Positions 1 through 10,636 are shown, counted from the first letter of the stretch. The stretch: DNA of 21,397 nt from Chiloscyllium plagiosum (GCF_004010195.1 NC_057718.1:101134219-101155615); one strand, 5' to 3'. Numbers and translations are program-made. The notes: generated by a model from the sequence alone, not told the origin.

Positions 1-19
1 TAAGAGATATTTGTCTCTT

Positions 20-137
20 TCTCTCTCTCTGCCTCCTTGCACCTATTCGCTCACTCCTTTTCTCTCCACCCCATCTCAGTCATCGTCCTTTTTTCTCTCC
101 ATAGATGCTGCCAGACCTGCTGAGTTTCTGTTTTTGT
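20..137 (+). mobile_element. Degenerate Penelope-like element 3' terminal (pLTR) fragment
   Basis: CT-rich stretch ending in ctctccatagatgctgccagacctgctgagttt, nearly identical to 4344-4376 and related to the GATGCTG-cctgacc-TGCTG motif that ends the RT/GIY-YIG element at 7522-9390. Confidence 0.55.
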
Positions 138-367
138 GTGTGTTTGCCTTCTGAAAGATGCCAAGTTAACCAAAGCGACCTAATTGTTAACAGTAAGACT
201 GACAGACCGCAGCAGCGCAAACTGAACTGACTAGATCTTCCCAGAGAGGGTTGCTTATATCCTGGTGGGTGTCTTCAGAGTTAACACTTTCAGGCCAACA
301 CTCTTACGTAATAGTGTCCATCCCTAGCTACTCATGATTATCTTGTTGAACCGGAACCAGTACAACT

Positions 368-646
368 GGGCGGCACGGTAACTCAGTGGTTAGCACGGCT
401 GCCTCATAGCACCAGGGACCCAGGTTCAATATCAGCCTTGAGTGACTGACTGTGTGGAGTGGGGTTTCCTCCAGGCATTCCGGTTTCCTCCCACAGTCCA
501 AAGAAGTGTAAAGTCACATGGATTTGTTATTGGAAATGCAGGATTACAGGGATTGTGGGAGAGCGGTCTGGGTGGGATGCTCTGCGGAGGGTTGGTGTGG
601 AATCAATGGGCCGAATGGCCTGCACCACACTGTTGGCATTCTATGA
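368..646 (+). mobile_element. HE1-type tRNA-derived V-SINE
   Basis: Head gggcggcacggtaactcagtggttagc (A box) and ggttcaatatc (B box); V-domain-like ggtttcctcc..tccggtttcctcccacagtccaaaga; CR1-like tail atgggccgaatggcct...attctatg. Family name from recalled consensus. Confidence 0.85.
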
Positions 647-689
647 ACTGAGTGAGGCCAGCCCCAGAGCTCTGTCAATGATAGGGGTT

Positions 690-960
690 TGGGACTGGAA
701 TCGAACATTAGCCGTGACCAGGTTTCCTCCCCTAAAGGAGCCAGGTGGTTTCAATAGTACTGGCAACTCATCTTCCTTCTCAGCTGCTCCGAGGTTGCGC
801 GCACACTGATTGGCATGCCACGCGTTGACTTCAGCTTTGTAAGTTGCTGATGTGCATTAACCTCACAGGTCCAGGTACTGAAGGAAAAAATTACAAAGCT
901 CATGGTCACTTCACTGATGACAGTCTTTCTATTTTTGGACTTCTTTGTCAGATTTAAATA
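690..960 (-). mobile_element. Highly decayed fragments of the SINE family seen at 3168-3487
   Basis: caggtttcctcccctaaagga..ccaggtgg resembles cagatttgtctccctgcagga..ccaggatg at 3296-3333; tcatggtcacttcactgatgacag resembles tgatgtcaccatgactaatgctag. Patchy similarity only. Confidence 0.3.
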
Positions 961-1321
961 TATATTTTATGAAGACACTGCACATTACAAAGTGTATTCA
1001 GGAAGTGTGCATTGATGCAGGCAAGTTTTTTTTAGCAGAGATGTCTTGGGAGCAGTGCGGGATTTCATATTGAGGTCACTCATTTGATCTTGGTCTTTAG
1101 GTCCAATACATTGGGAAATGGAAGTTCCTGATAAATGAGTATCAAGTGTCTCATAATTAATGGATGGATTACACTGATTTGCTGCGAATTGTGAAAAAGT
1201 GGTTTGCGTGACTGTAATGCCTCTGATATGAAGCACTACTTGATAACACCTCAGTTTCCCTCCTTGGTCCCCATCGGTGTGGGTGAGAAAGACTCTCATG
1301 CCTTTGACCATTGATTTCTGT

Positions 1322-1500
1322 GTCAAAAAGTGTTGCGCTGGAAAAACACAGCAGGTCAGGCAGCATCCGAGGAGCAGGAGAATCGACATTTCGGGCATAA
1401 GCCTGTTGACTGTCCTGCTCCTCGGATGCAGTCTGACCTGCCATAACAGTGCCGCACTTTTCGACTCTGATCTCCAGCGTCTGCAGTGCCCACTCCCTCT
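1322..1500. mobile_element. Non-coding inverted pair of PLE termini (foldback)
   Basis: 1351-1388 gcaggtcaggcagcatccgaggagcaggagaatcgaca is the near reverse complement of 1404-1441 tgttgactgtcctgctcctcggatgcagtctgacctgc; both match the PLE end at 9330-9390. The right arm continues into the tail tctgatctccagcgtctgcagtgcccact. Confidence 0.85.
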
Positions 1501-1951
1501 CACCATTATTCTCTGCTCAGGGATTTCTCGGAGAGGTGGTATTTTCTGGAATTCAAATCGTTATGTAGATTTTGGAGCGTACTTAACAGTAGCTTACATC
1601 AGTGCTCCTGATGTGCTTGTGTCAATGACCCAGAGCTGTATGTCAGGACAATTAATCTGTATACCTCACTGTGAGGGAGTTTAAGGATGACTCAATTTAC
1701 TCAAACCCCACCTCTCAAAAGGTATTAATTTCCAAGTATTTGAGTAGCCCTGCATCAATCAATTTTGCCAGCCATTATCTGAGTGTATTTGACTGCATTA
1801 AAATAAAAATCTCATCGAGAATTTTGGTTGAAAGAGATTAGTAACCTGTATTTTGCCGTCAAGTATTGGATTACAGAATCTTGCAATAGAAAATGGATCA
1901 TTCCAATTAAAAGTTCTTTAGTCTGTCAGAGATGCAAGTCATTGGCTTCAT

Positions 1952-2392
1952 ATTAAATTTGGAGGGGTACAGAAAAGATTTACAAGGATGCTGCCAAGGT
2001 TGGAGTGTTTGAGCTACAGGGTGAGGATGAATAGTTTCCCTGGAGTGTCGGAGGCTGAGGGGTGACTTTATAGAGGTTTATAAAATCATGAGGGGCATGG
2101 ATAGGATAAATAGACAAGGTCTTTTCCCTGGGGTGGGGGAGTCCAGAACTAAATGGCATAGGTCTAGAGTGAGAGGGAAAAGATTTAAAAGGGACCTAAA
2201 GGGCAACTTTTTCACGCAGAGGGTGGTCCAATTACAGCATTTAAAAGGCATCTGGATATGAATAGGAAGGGTTTAAAGGGATATGGGCCAAGTGCTGGCA
2301 AATGGGACTAGATGCATTTAGGATATCTGGTCGGCATGGACGAGTTGGACCGAAGGGTCTGTTTCTGTACTGTGCATCTGTATGACTCTATG
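1952..2392 (+). mobile_element. 5'-truncated CR1 (HER1-type) LINE 3' end
   Basis: Encodes decayed ORF2 C-terminus (VQKRFTRMLP..RRLRGDFIEVYKIMRGMDRINRQGLFPGVGESRT) and ends ggcatggacgagttggaccgaagggtctgtttc...tatgactctatg; homologous to 15872-16321 and 9391-9700 (minus). Confidence 0.9.
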
Positions 2393-3167
2393 GCATGTTT
2401 GCCACGACTAGGCATAAGGTTTCTTTTTGACACTGGTCTCAATGAGATGGATAACTGTGTTGTGACTGGCTCTGGCAAAGTTTATTGATTTTCCCTTTCT
2501 TCAGATTTACTGATTGACTGGCGACTGATCATATGAATTAGCATTTTTAAACAAAGCCTTGATCTTAACCTGAATGTAGGGTATTCTTCGTTATTTTCCT
2601 TTGAAGCAAAGCACATGCCCTATTTGGGAAGATGAAAATAGAATGTGCAATAGTTATTTTTTTCAAAACCTCTTTCTCAAAATTCAATAACTAAGCCATT
2701 CTTCCATGTATCAGCACAGCCATAATGATGGGCTAACTGGCCTCCTGTATTGTATCATTTCTATGGAATTTCCAATCATATTTTCTATGATGAACTAGAT
2801 TTTTCATTCTAACAAACTGATGGGAATGTGACAGTGTGCAAGTGAGAGTTGCCTGGCTACAGTCCAAGTGAAAGAAACTGAAAAGACATTTCCATGTGAT
2901 CTCTGCAGAGTAGATCAATTGATTTTCTTTCTCGCTTGGTTCCTGGAAATACCCAGCAACGGCTGTTTTGTAAACCAGTCCCTGCACAAGGGAAATGCTC
3001 TTCATCTTTTAAGGCAGTGGTATTCCCTGCCAGAAAAATGTCTAAAACTTTGGAATGTGAGTGTGAGTTTGGGGCCAGTAAGGGTTCTCATGAAAAACTT
3101 CAATAATGTGTACCCATTTTCACACATTTAGAACATTGAAACCAGTCAGAAAAAGGCAAGGAAGATT

Positions 3168-3487
3168 TTTTTTTTGTTCTTTCATGATAAGTGGGCAATG
3201 TTGGTAAGGCGACCATTTGTGGCCTATGCCCATTGCCCTTGACAATCACAGAGTGGGTATGAAGTCGCATGTAGGCCTGAACAGATAAGGAGAGCAGATT
3301 TGTCTCCCTGCAGGATGTGAATAAACCAGGATGATTTTGACAACATTTGATGATGTCACCATGACTAATGCTAGCATTCTATTAATTGAATTCAAATTCT
3401 AGCAGCTGTCTTGGTGAGATTTGAACTCACTTTCCTAGAGCTTTCACTTAGGCCTCCGATGACATTACTAACATGCCATCAACTCCT
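3168..3487 (-). mobile_element. tRNA-derived SINE with LINE-derived 3' tail
   Basis: Minus strand begins ggagttgatggcatgttagtaatgtca and has a B box gagttcaaatctc; ends in an A-run (T-run at ~3166-3176). The tail (gtgggcaatg..cattt..gccta..ttgcccttga) matches the LINE end at 4855-4915 and 18905-18985. Confidence 0.7.
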
Positions 3488-4297
3488 CCAGACTGAGATG
3501 GTCAGGGGAAAAAACACACCGTTGGACTCATTTTGATTATTCTTGACTGTTATTCCCATCATCTTAATCGGGATTTTGCATGTTTCAGTTGAGGTGTTCC
3601 CAGTTCATCCTCTGTCTGTGTAATTGAGTAGTTTTGATCACTTATTATGGTGTACAATTGCATTGATGTGAAACCAAACCAATGAAATAAGAACAGTGAA
3701 AAGAAAATTTGTAAGCCTTATTTTTCTCATCACATTGCATTTTGACTTGTCCATAAAGCACAGTGTTTCCAACTGAGTCCCTCAAGCTCAGGTGCCTTTC
3801 TGAATTCCCTGTATTCCTTGAATTCTGATATCCGCAGCTTTGCTTACAAAAGACATTTGCTGTGATCTTTATGTCATTGCCCTTTGAGTCACCAACATTC
3901 GGGTGTTGGGAAGCTTGGGCCACATTTTCAGGTCATTTCCAGAAATTTGTCAATGGAAAAGAGTGTGAATGTCACTTCTAAAGCAGGCTTGTCTGTCCCA
4001 GTTAGTGTGGAGTTTCCTATCTGTATATATCAGATCTCTACATTAATGTTCTTATTTCCATAACTCAGCACAGTGTCTGTGAACTTATGCCTTTTCCACC
4101 CCATTTACATTCTGGTACTGCTATTAGAAATGGCTCTGTAATCTAACTCAGTTCCCCTGCCGCTTGCATTGTCCCACTTATCCTGTGAGGCAGACGTGAC
4201 AGCAATGGATTATTTCGCATGTTCAGAATTTTTGACTACAACATTTCCATATAACAATAGGCAGATAGTTCAAGAAGCCCAGAGTGCGGGCAAACTA

Positions 4298-4400
4298 CTC
4301 CCAAAGAAGGGTCACTGGACTTGAAAACATTAACTCTGTTTCTCTCTCCACAGATGCTGCCAGACCTGCCGAGTTTCTCCAGTATTTTTCTGTTTTTGTT
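4298..4400 (+). mobile_element. Solo PLE terminal fragment (second family) with decayed hammerhead motif
   Basis: ccaaaga-agggtc-actg-gacttgaaaacattaac (decayed CTGANGA/stem II/GAAA) followed by ctctccacagatgctgccagacctgccgagtttctccagta. Confidence 0.7.
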
Positions 4401-4409
4401 ACCCTTTTG

Positions 4410-4478
4410 GGTTATGATTTAATGGCGGAGCAGACCGGATGGGCCGAGTGGCCTAATTTCTGCTCCTCTGTTCATATT
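4410..4478 (+). mobile_element. CR1 LINE extreme 3' tail fragment
   Basis: aatggcggagcagaccggatgggccgagtggcctaatttctgctcct matches the CR1 tail at 12902-12950. Confidence 0.65.
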
Positions 4479-4854
4479 TTGAAGTTGCCCACATGTAAAT
4501 CAGAACATGAGGTCAGCCCTTCGACTTAGCTCCATTGAGAATGGAAGTGTTTCCAGGTAGATCGATGATGTAGAGAGCGAGTGATAGAAGCAGGGAGTGT
4601 GACAGGGAAGTTTCACCTGAAATAATGCCTGCTGTTTTGCTGATGTCAGTTTGATCTGAAATTTCCAATCTTGTAACCATTTGGTGCAATATAAACATCG
4701 ACATAAAGCCGTGGACAGTTGTTGACGATTGCCGACTTACGTCTCTGAGCAGTACAATTAAAGTCTCAATTTGTACAATTATCAGTTGCACAATAGACGC
4801 ATTGCAAGTGCTTTCCAGTTTTATTGTAGTACTGATGTCTTCTTATATATTGAT

Positions 4855-5725
4855 GGGATACGTGGGCATCTCCGGCACTTCCATCATTATTATCCATCCC
4901 TTGTTACCCTTGAGAAGATGATGGTGAGCTGCCTTTTTGATCCGCTGTGGTCTATTTGTTAGTAAGGGAATTCCAGGATCTTGACTCAGCTACATAGAAG
5001 AAATGGCGATACAATTCCAGGTCAGGAAAGTTTATGGCTTAGAGGGGGTTCTTGCAATGGCGGTGCTCCCATGTCTCTGCTAGCCTTGACCTTTGTGGTT
5101 GTACATTTGAAAGATGCTGTTTTAGGAGCATGAGTGAATTTCTGCAATGCATCTTGTCGCTGGTGCACATTGCTGCTAATGTGCATCGGTGGTGGAGGGA
5201 GTGGATGTTTATGGATGTGGTGCCAATGAAGTGGGCTGCTGGTGTTGAGCTTCTTTGAGTGTTGTTGGAGCTGCATCCAGGCAAACGGGGAGTATTCCAT
5301 CACACTCCAGTGTTGTGTATTGTTAATGATGGTAAGGCTTTGGGGAGTCAGGGGAGATGAGTTATTCACTGCAGTATTTACAGCCTCTGACCAGTCCTTG
5401 TACCCATAATATTTATTATATTTTCTAGTCATCCTGTTCAGGGATGTTATAATGCATCTCTGCACAAGGTGCAACTTGAACCCTGACCTCCTGGCTCTGG
5501 AATACAACCAGTGGGTCACAAGAGCTCCTCCAGCCGTATTATTTATAGTTAGTCTGGTTCAGTTTATGATCAGTGGTGATCCCCAGGATGCTGATGGTAC
5601 GTGTTGCAGTGATGCTAATGCCTTTAAATGTCAAAGAGCAATGTTTAGATTCTGTCCAGTTGGATTGCCTGGCTGTTGCATGGCACAAACATTACTTGCC
5701 ATTTCTCAGTCCAAACCTGATTGGC
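4855..5725 (-). mobile_element. Old CR1/L2-group LINE 3' portion, interrupted by a short SINE
   Basis: Minus-strand ORF pieces MEYSPFAWM and AAHFIGTTSINIHSLHHRCTLAAMCT..KMHCRNS resemble a non-LTR ORF2 C-terminus; frameshifted; 3' tail shared with the 3168-3487 SINE. Exact clade not determinable by eye. Confidence 0.7.
5417..5529 (-). mobile_element. Short (~115 bp) tRNA-derived SINE, copy 1
   Basis: Aligns with 6099-6222 (ttttcta..tgttcag.gatgttat..cttgaaccc..acctcctggct..acaagagc); flanked by an imperfect target duplication tacccataatatttat / cagccgtattatttat. Confidence 0.75.
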
Positions 5726-6098
5726 TGATCCCACAAAGGCCCATTGAAGACAAGGGAAAGTGCAGCGTGGATCAATTGAAAATAAAATGATAAATGACAA
5801 TAGATTAAAAAAAATACTTAAGTTGTGATTAAACTGCAGGAAAAACCTGCTTCCTGCTGCAATTAAAGCTCTGAGCACAACGAAATGCACATTTTTGAAT
5901 CAGGGAATTTAGAATCCAGGGCTTGTAAAACATGGTGGGGTAGAGTCATAAAGAATCAAGAGGTAATCCGACAGATGAACAGAGAGCAAAGGGATGAATA
6001 GACATGTGTGATATCTGTGTGTCTGCAATTCCTTGTTTGCTTAACTCCCTGATTATGTATATTCTTTGGGCAATAATACACGGCAAATTCTACCCCAC

Positions 6099-6222
6099 GA
6101 TATATTTTCTAATCAAACTTTTCAGAGATGTTATTGACCACCTGTGGAGCAGTTGGGGGCTTGAACCCCAGACCTCCTGGCTGAGAGTTAGGAACACTAC
6201 CGCTTCTCTACAAGAGCCTCTG
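6099..6222 (-). mobile_element. Short tRNA-derived SINE, copy 2, with 11-bp TSD
   Basis: Minus strand has A-box-like tgtagagaagcggtag and B box ggttcaagccc; perfect direct repeat ttctaccccac at 6088-6098 and 6223-6233. Confidence 0.85.
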
Positions 6223-6856
6223 TTCTACCCCACTGTTTCTATTTTTAGGATTGGTTACAGCTGTGGTAGGAAACAGCCAATTTGTTCAATTTAATGAAAA
6301 AAAATGAAGGTGTTAATTGAGTTAATAGAACTTGAATCAAACCAAGCGCGGCATTTGAATAATTGCCAAGAAGTGAGTGAGAAGACACTCTGAAGAAAAG
6401 TGGAGGACGATTGAGAACCCTGAGGGTAACCAACAGCTGTGACAGAAGCCAGATGGGAAGACTAGTTGAATCATAAGAAATCATGGAAGAAACAGTTTCA
6501 GCAAAGTGATCAGATGTGTTTTTTGTGGACGTACAGTATGAACGAAGACGACTTGTTTCTTTCTGTCACAGAGACAAATTATAAGCTTGAGGTGGCAACA
6601 CACGCGCACACTGATAAACAGAAGGAGAGAGACACACACAGACAGCTATCCTGGGAGACCAAAGGGTCAAGTTTACAACCAACTCCTCTTTGAAACATTG
6701 AGGCAAAGACATTCTTAAAGAAAAATATTGGAGTTTGAGTAAAGTTTTCTTCAAATTTTTATTGATTGAATATCCCATTGTTTCTTGAGGTATTTTTAAA
6801 ACATTAAAATGAAAGCTAAATCATCATGTTATACCCATCTCTGATTATATAACAAA

Positions 6857-6933
6857 CAGAAGGCCTGGGTTCAAGTCCCACCTGCTCCGGAGGTGTTTAA
6901 TAACATCTCTGAACATGTTGTTTCAGCAATATT
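6857..6933 (+). mobile_element. Short tRNA-derived SINE, copy 3 (5'-truncated)
   Basis: agaaggcctgggttcaagtcccacctgctccggaggtgtttaataacatctctgaacatgttg is the reverse complement of copies 1, 2 and 4; B box ggttcaagtcc. Confidence 0.8.
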
Positions 6934-7198
6934 TAAGGGAATACAACGTTTAATATTTAGTTTTCTTAGAGTAGTCATTATCAGTCTCAGTGAACTGATT
7001 ATCCTTAAGTATTGTGTATGCTATGGTACAGAGTTCATTCCCATTATGTAATTGATTTTTTACATTAAATATTTTAAAACAATCATATAAAAGTTGTAGA
7101 CTCATACTTAATTCCTCATGAGCCCACAACTAGATAACAATATCCTAGAATTCTTAAGATTTTTAAAACTTCTGTTTCTGCTATATTGCTCTTGTAGA

Positions 7199-7314
7199 TA
7201 CATTCTAACTAACCTTTTCAAAGTTGTTATGATGCACTCTGGAGTAAGTGGGACTTGAACTCAGGCCTCCTGGCTTAGAGATAGGAACACCATCACTGCA
7301 CCCCGGGAGCCCCC
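7199..7314 (-). mobile_element. Short tRNA-derived SINE, copy 4
   Basis: ctggagtaagtgggacttgaactcaggcctcctggcttagagataggaacaccatcactgcacc: B box gagttcaagtccc and A-box-like ggtgcagtgatgg on the minus strand. Confidence 0.8.
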
Positions 7315-7555
7315 TTTCAATGCATTATATCCTGAAATACTTTTGTTGGTTTGAAACTCCTTTGCATAGATAATGACATTTCATTGTAGTACCCAGTCTA
7401 AAGTTGGCAAGGCTGACTGAATTCCTTAAATGGTTTCAAACTTAGAGTCACAGAGATGTACAGCACAGAAACAGACCCTTTGGCCTGACTCGTCCATGCC
7501 GACCAGATATCCCAACCTAATGGAAGGAGAATCTGGTGGGGACGTCGGGACAGGA

Positions 7556-9070
7556 CGTCTCAGCATGCTCCTGACCCACCAAACTCATCTCCACATACCT
7601 CGATACTGTCCTATATCCCCAGCCCAGGAACTCCCCATATATGTTCAAGACACCACCCATGCCCTCCACCTCCTCCAAGACTTCCGTTCCCCTGGCCCCC
7701 AATGCCTCATCTTCATCAGGGACATCCAGTCCCTATACACCTCCATTCACCATGACCAGGGCCTCCAAGCCCTCTGTTTCTTCCTCACCTGACATCCCCA
7801 CCAGTACCCTTCCACTGACACTCGAATTTGTTTGGCTGAACTGGTCCTCACCCTCAACAATTTCTCCTTTGAATCATCCCACTTCCTCCAGACGTAAGGA
7901 GTAGCCATGGGCACCCGTATGGGCCCCAGCTATGCCTGTCTCTTTGTCGGCTACGTGGAACAGTCCATCTTCCATAGTTACACCGGCACCACTCCCCACC
8001 TTTCCCTCCAATACATTGATGATTGCATCAGTGCCACCTCGTGCTCCCACGAGGAGGTTGAACAGTTCATCAACTTCACCAACACATTCCACCCGACCTT
8101 AAATTCACCTGCACCATCTCTGACACCTCCCCTCCCCTTCCTGGACCTCTCCATCTCCATCAACGGTGACCGACTCAACACTGACATTTTCTACAAACCC
8201 ACCGACTCCCACAGCTGCCTGGATTACATCTCGTCCCACCCTACCTCCTGCAAAAATGCTATCCCTTATTCCCAATTCTTCTGCCGCCGCTGCATCTGCT
8301 CCCAGGAGGACCAGTTCCACCACTGAACACACCAGATGGCCTCCTTCTTTAACTACTGCAATGTCCCCTCCCACTTGGTTGAAGATGCCCTCCAGCGCAT
8401 CTCATCCAAGTCTTGCATCTCCATCCTCAGACCCCACCCCTCCAACCGCAAAAAGGATAGAACCCTCCCCAGTCTTCACCTTCCCACCTCACCAACCTCA
8501 TCGCATCATCCTCCGCCATTTCCACCACCTACAAACAGACCCCAACGCCAGAGATTTATTTCCCTCCCCACCACTTTCTACTTACCGTAAAGACCATTCC
8601 ATCCACAACTACCTCATCAGGTCCATGCCCCCCAACAGCCCACTGTCCCCTCCCAACACCTTCCCCTGCCACCGCAGGAATTGCAAAACCCGTGCCCGCA
8701 CCTCCCCCCTCACCTCCGTCCATGGCTCCAAAGGAGCCTTCCACATCCATCAAAGTTTCAACTGCACTTTCACATATGTCATTTATTGTATCCGTTGCTC
8801 CCGATGTGGTCTCCTCTACATTGGGCAGACTGGACGCCTTCTCGTAGAGTGCTTTAAAGAATATCTCCAGGACACCCGCACCAACCAACCCCGCCATCCT
8901 GTGACTGAACACTTCAACTCCCCCTACCACTCCGCCGAGGACGTGCAGGTCCTGGGCCTCCTCCATCGCCACTCCCTTATCACCTGACACCTGGAGGAAG
9001 AATGCCTCATCTTCCGCCTCGGAACACTTCAACCACAGGGCATCAATGTGGACTTCACCAGTTTCCTCAT
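7556..9070 (+). pseudogene. Disrupted PLE reverse transcriptase + GIY-YIG endonuclease ORF
   Basis: DIQSLYTSI, GVAMGTRMGPSYACLF, YIDD, LPFLDLSI, FYKPTDSHSCLDYISSHP..CKNAIPYSQF; linker FPCHRRNCKT; VIYCIRCSRCGLLYIGQTGR..F.EY; several stops and frameshifts across ORFs 7430-7792, 7907-8326 and 8166-8987. Confidence 0.9.
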
Positions 9071-9302
9071 TTCCCCTCTGGGATAAGGTGGAGACCTTAT
9101 CCCAATTCCAACCTTCTAGCTCAGCATCACCCTCATGACTTGTCCCACCTGTCCATCTTCCTGCCCACCTATCCGCTCGACCCTCCCCTCCGACCTATCA
9201 CCTTTACCCCCACCTCAATCCACCTACTGCTCTCTCAGCTACCTTTCCCCCAACCCCACCCTCCTCCCATTTATCTCTCCACCAAAGGAGACTCCCAGCC
9301 TC

Positions 9303-9337
9303 ATTCCTGATGAAGGGATTTGCCCGAAATGTCGATT
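9303..9337 (+). ncRNA. Minimal type I hammerhead-ribozyme-like motif of the PLE terminus
   Basis: attc-CTGATGA-a-GGG-atttg-CCC-GAAA-t-GTC-gatt: core boxes at 9307-9313 and 9326-9329, putative GUC cleavage triplet at 9331-9333; stem I weak. Confidence 0.7.
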
Positions 9338-10636
9338 CTCCTGCTCCTCTGATGCTGCCTGGCCTGCTGTGCTTTTGCTGCACCACACTCCACCATTTCC
9401 TCGGGCAGTTCATTCCATACACGCATCACCCTTTGCGTGAAAAAGTTGCCCTTTAGGTCTCTTTTATATCTTTCCCCTCTCACCCTAAACTTATGCCCTC
9501 TAGTTCTGGACTCCTCTACCCCAGGGAAAAGACTTTGTCCATTTATCCTATCCATGCCCCTATGATTTTATAAACCTCTATGAAATCACCCCTCAGCCTT
9601 CGGTGCTCCATGGAAAAACAGCCCCAGCCTGTTCAGCCTCTCCCTGTAGCTCAAATCCTCCAACCCTGGTAACATCCTTGTAAATCTTTTCTGAACTCTT
9701 TCAAGTTTCATCCATCCTTTCAATAGGAAGGAGACCAGAATTGCATGCAATATTCCAAAAGTGGCCTAACCAATGCCCTATACAGCTGTAACATGACCTC
9801 CCAAATCCTGTACTCAATACTCTGACCAATAAAGGAAAGCATACCAAATGCCTTCTTCACTATCCTATCTACCTGTGACTCCACTTTCAAGGTGCTATGA
9901 ACCTGCACTCCAAGGTCTCTTTGTTCAGTAACACTCCTCAGGACCTTACCATTAAGTGTATAAGTCCCGCTAAGATTTGCTTTCCCAAAATGCAGCACCT
10001 CGCATTTATCTAAATTAAACTCCATCTGTCACTCCTCAGCCCATTGGCCCACCTGATCAAGATCCTCTTGTAATCTGAGGTAACCTTCTTCACTGTCCAC
10101 TACACCTCCAATTTTGGTGTCATCTCCAAACTTACTAAATATACCTTTTATGCTCGCATCCAAATCATTTATGTAAATGACAAAAGGTAGTGGACCCAGC
10201 ACCGATCCTTGTGGCACTCCACTGGTCACAGGCCTCCAGTCTGAAAAACAACCCTCCACCACCACCCTCTGTCTTCTACCTTTGAGCCAGTTCTGTATCC
10301 AATGGCGAGTTCTCCCTGTATTCCATGAGATCTAACCTTGCTAACCAGTCTCCCATGGGGAACCTTGTTGAATGCCTTACTGAAGTCCATATAGATCATG
10401 TCCACCATTCTGCCCTCATCAATCCTCTTTGTTACTTTTTCAAAAAACTCAATCAAGTTTGTGAGACCCTGATTTCCCACGCACAAAGCTATGCTGAATA
10501 TCACTAATCAGTACTTGCCTTTCCAAATACGTGTAAATCCTGTTCCTTAGGATTCCCTCCATCAACATGCCCACTACTGACGTCAGGCTCACCGGTCTAT
10601 AGTTCCCTGGCTTGTCCTTACCACCTTTTTTCAATA

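Larger units (their letters stand above)
7522..9390 (+). mobile_element. 5'-truncated Penelope-like retroelement (probably Neptune clade)
   Basis: RT, Cys-rich linker and GIY-YIG remnants, followed by a C-rich 3' region, hammerhead motif and GATGCTG terminal motif; nested in a CR1. Confidence 0.92.

Noticed and set aside
368..440. tRNA genes at A/B-box sequences (also 6099-6222, 7199-7314, 3400-3487)
   Set aside because: No intact cloverleaf; each continues into a SINE body.
790..830. Small CpG cluster with inverted CCAAT (gcgcgcacactgattgg..cacgcg) as a promoter
   Set aside because: Too short for a CpG island, with no linked transcript evidence.
985..1684. Overlapping ORFs of 173, 135 and 91 aa
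   Set aside because: They run through the PLE foldback (LLLLGCCLTCC, PAPRMLPDLLCFSS recur at other termini) and have no recognisable domain.
4731..4760. Strong minus-strand splice donor GAC/GTAAGT
   Set aside because: No matching acceptor or recognisable reading frame upstream.
8166..8987. Longest ORF (273 aa) as an intact gene
   Set aside because: The N-terminal half is an out-of-frame reading of PLE RT; only the C-terminal part is in the GIY-YIG frame, and it ends at a premature stop.
8985..8987. In-frame TGA in PLE copies (also ~15352) as selenocysteine, as known for some Naiad PLEs
   Set aside because: The paralogue at ~14175 (minus) has CGA (TRRLEEE) and 17857 has CAA, so this is CpG decay of an Arg codon; no SECIS seen.
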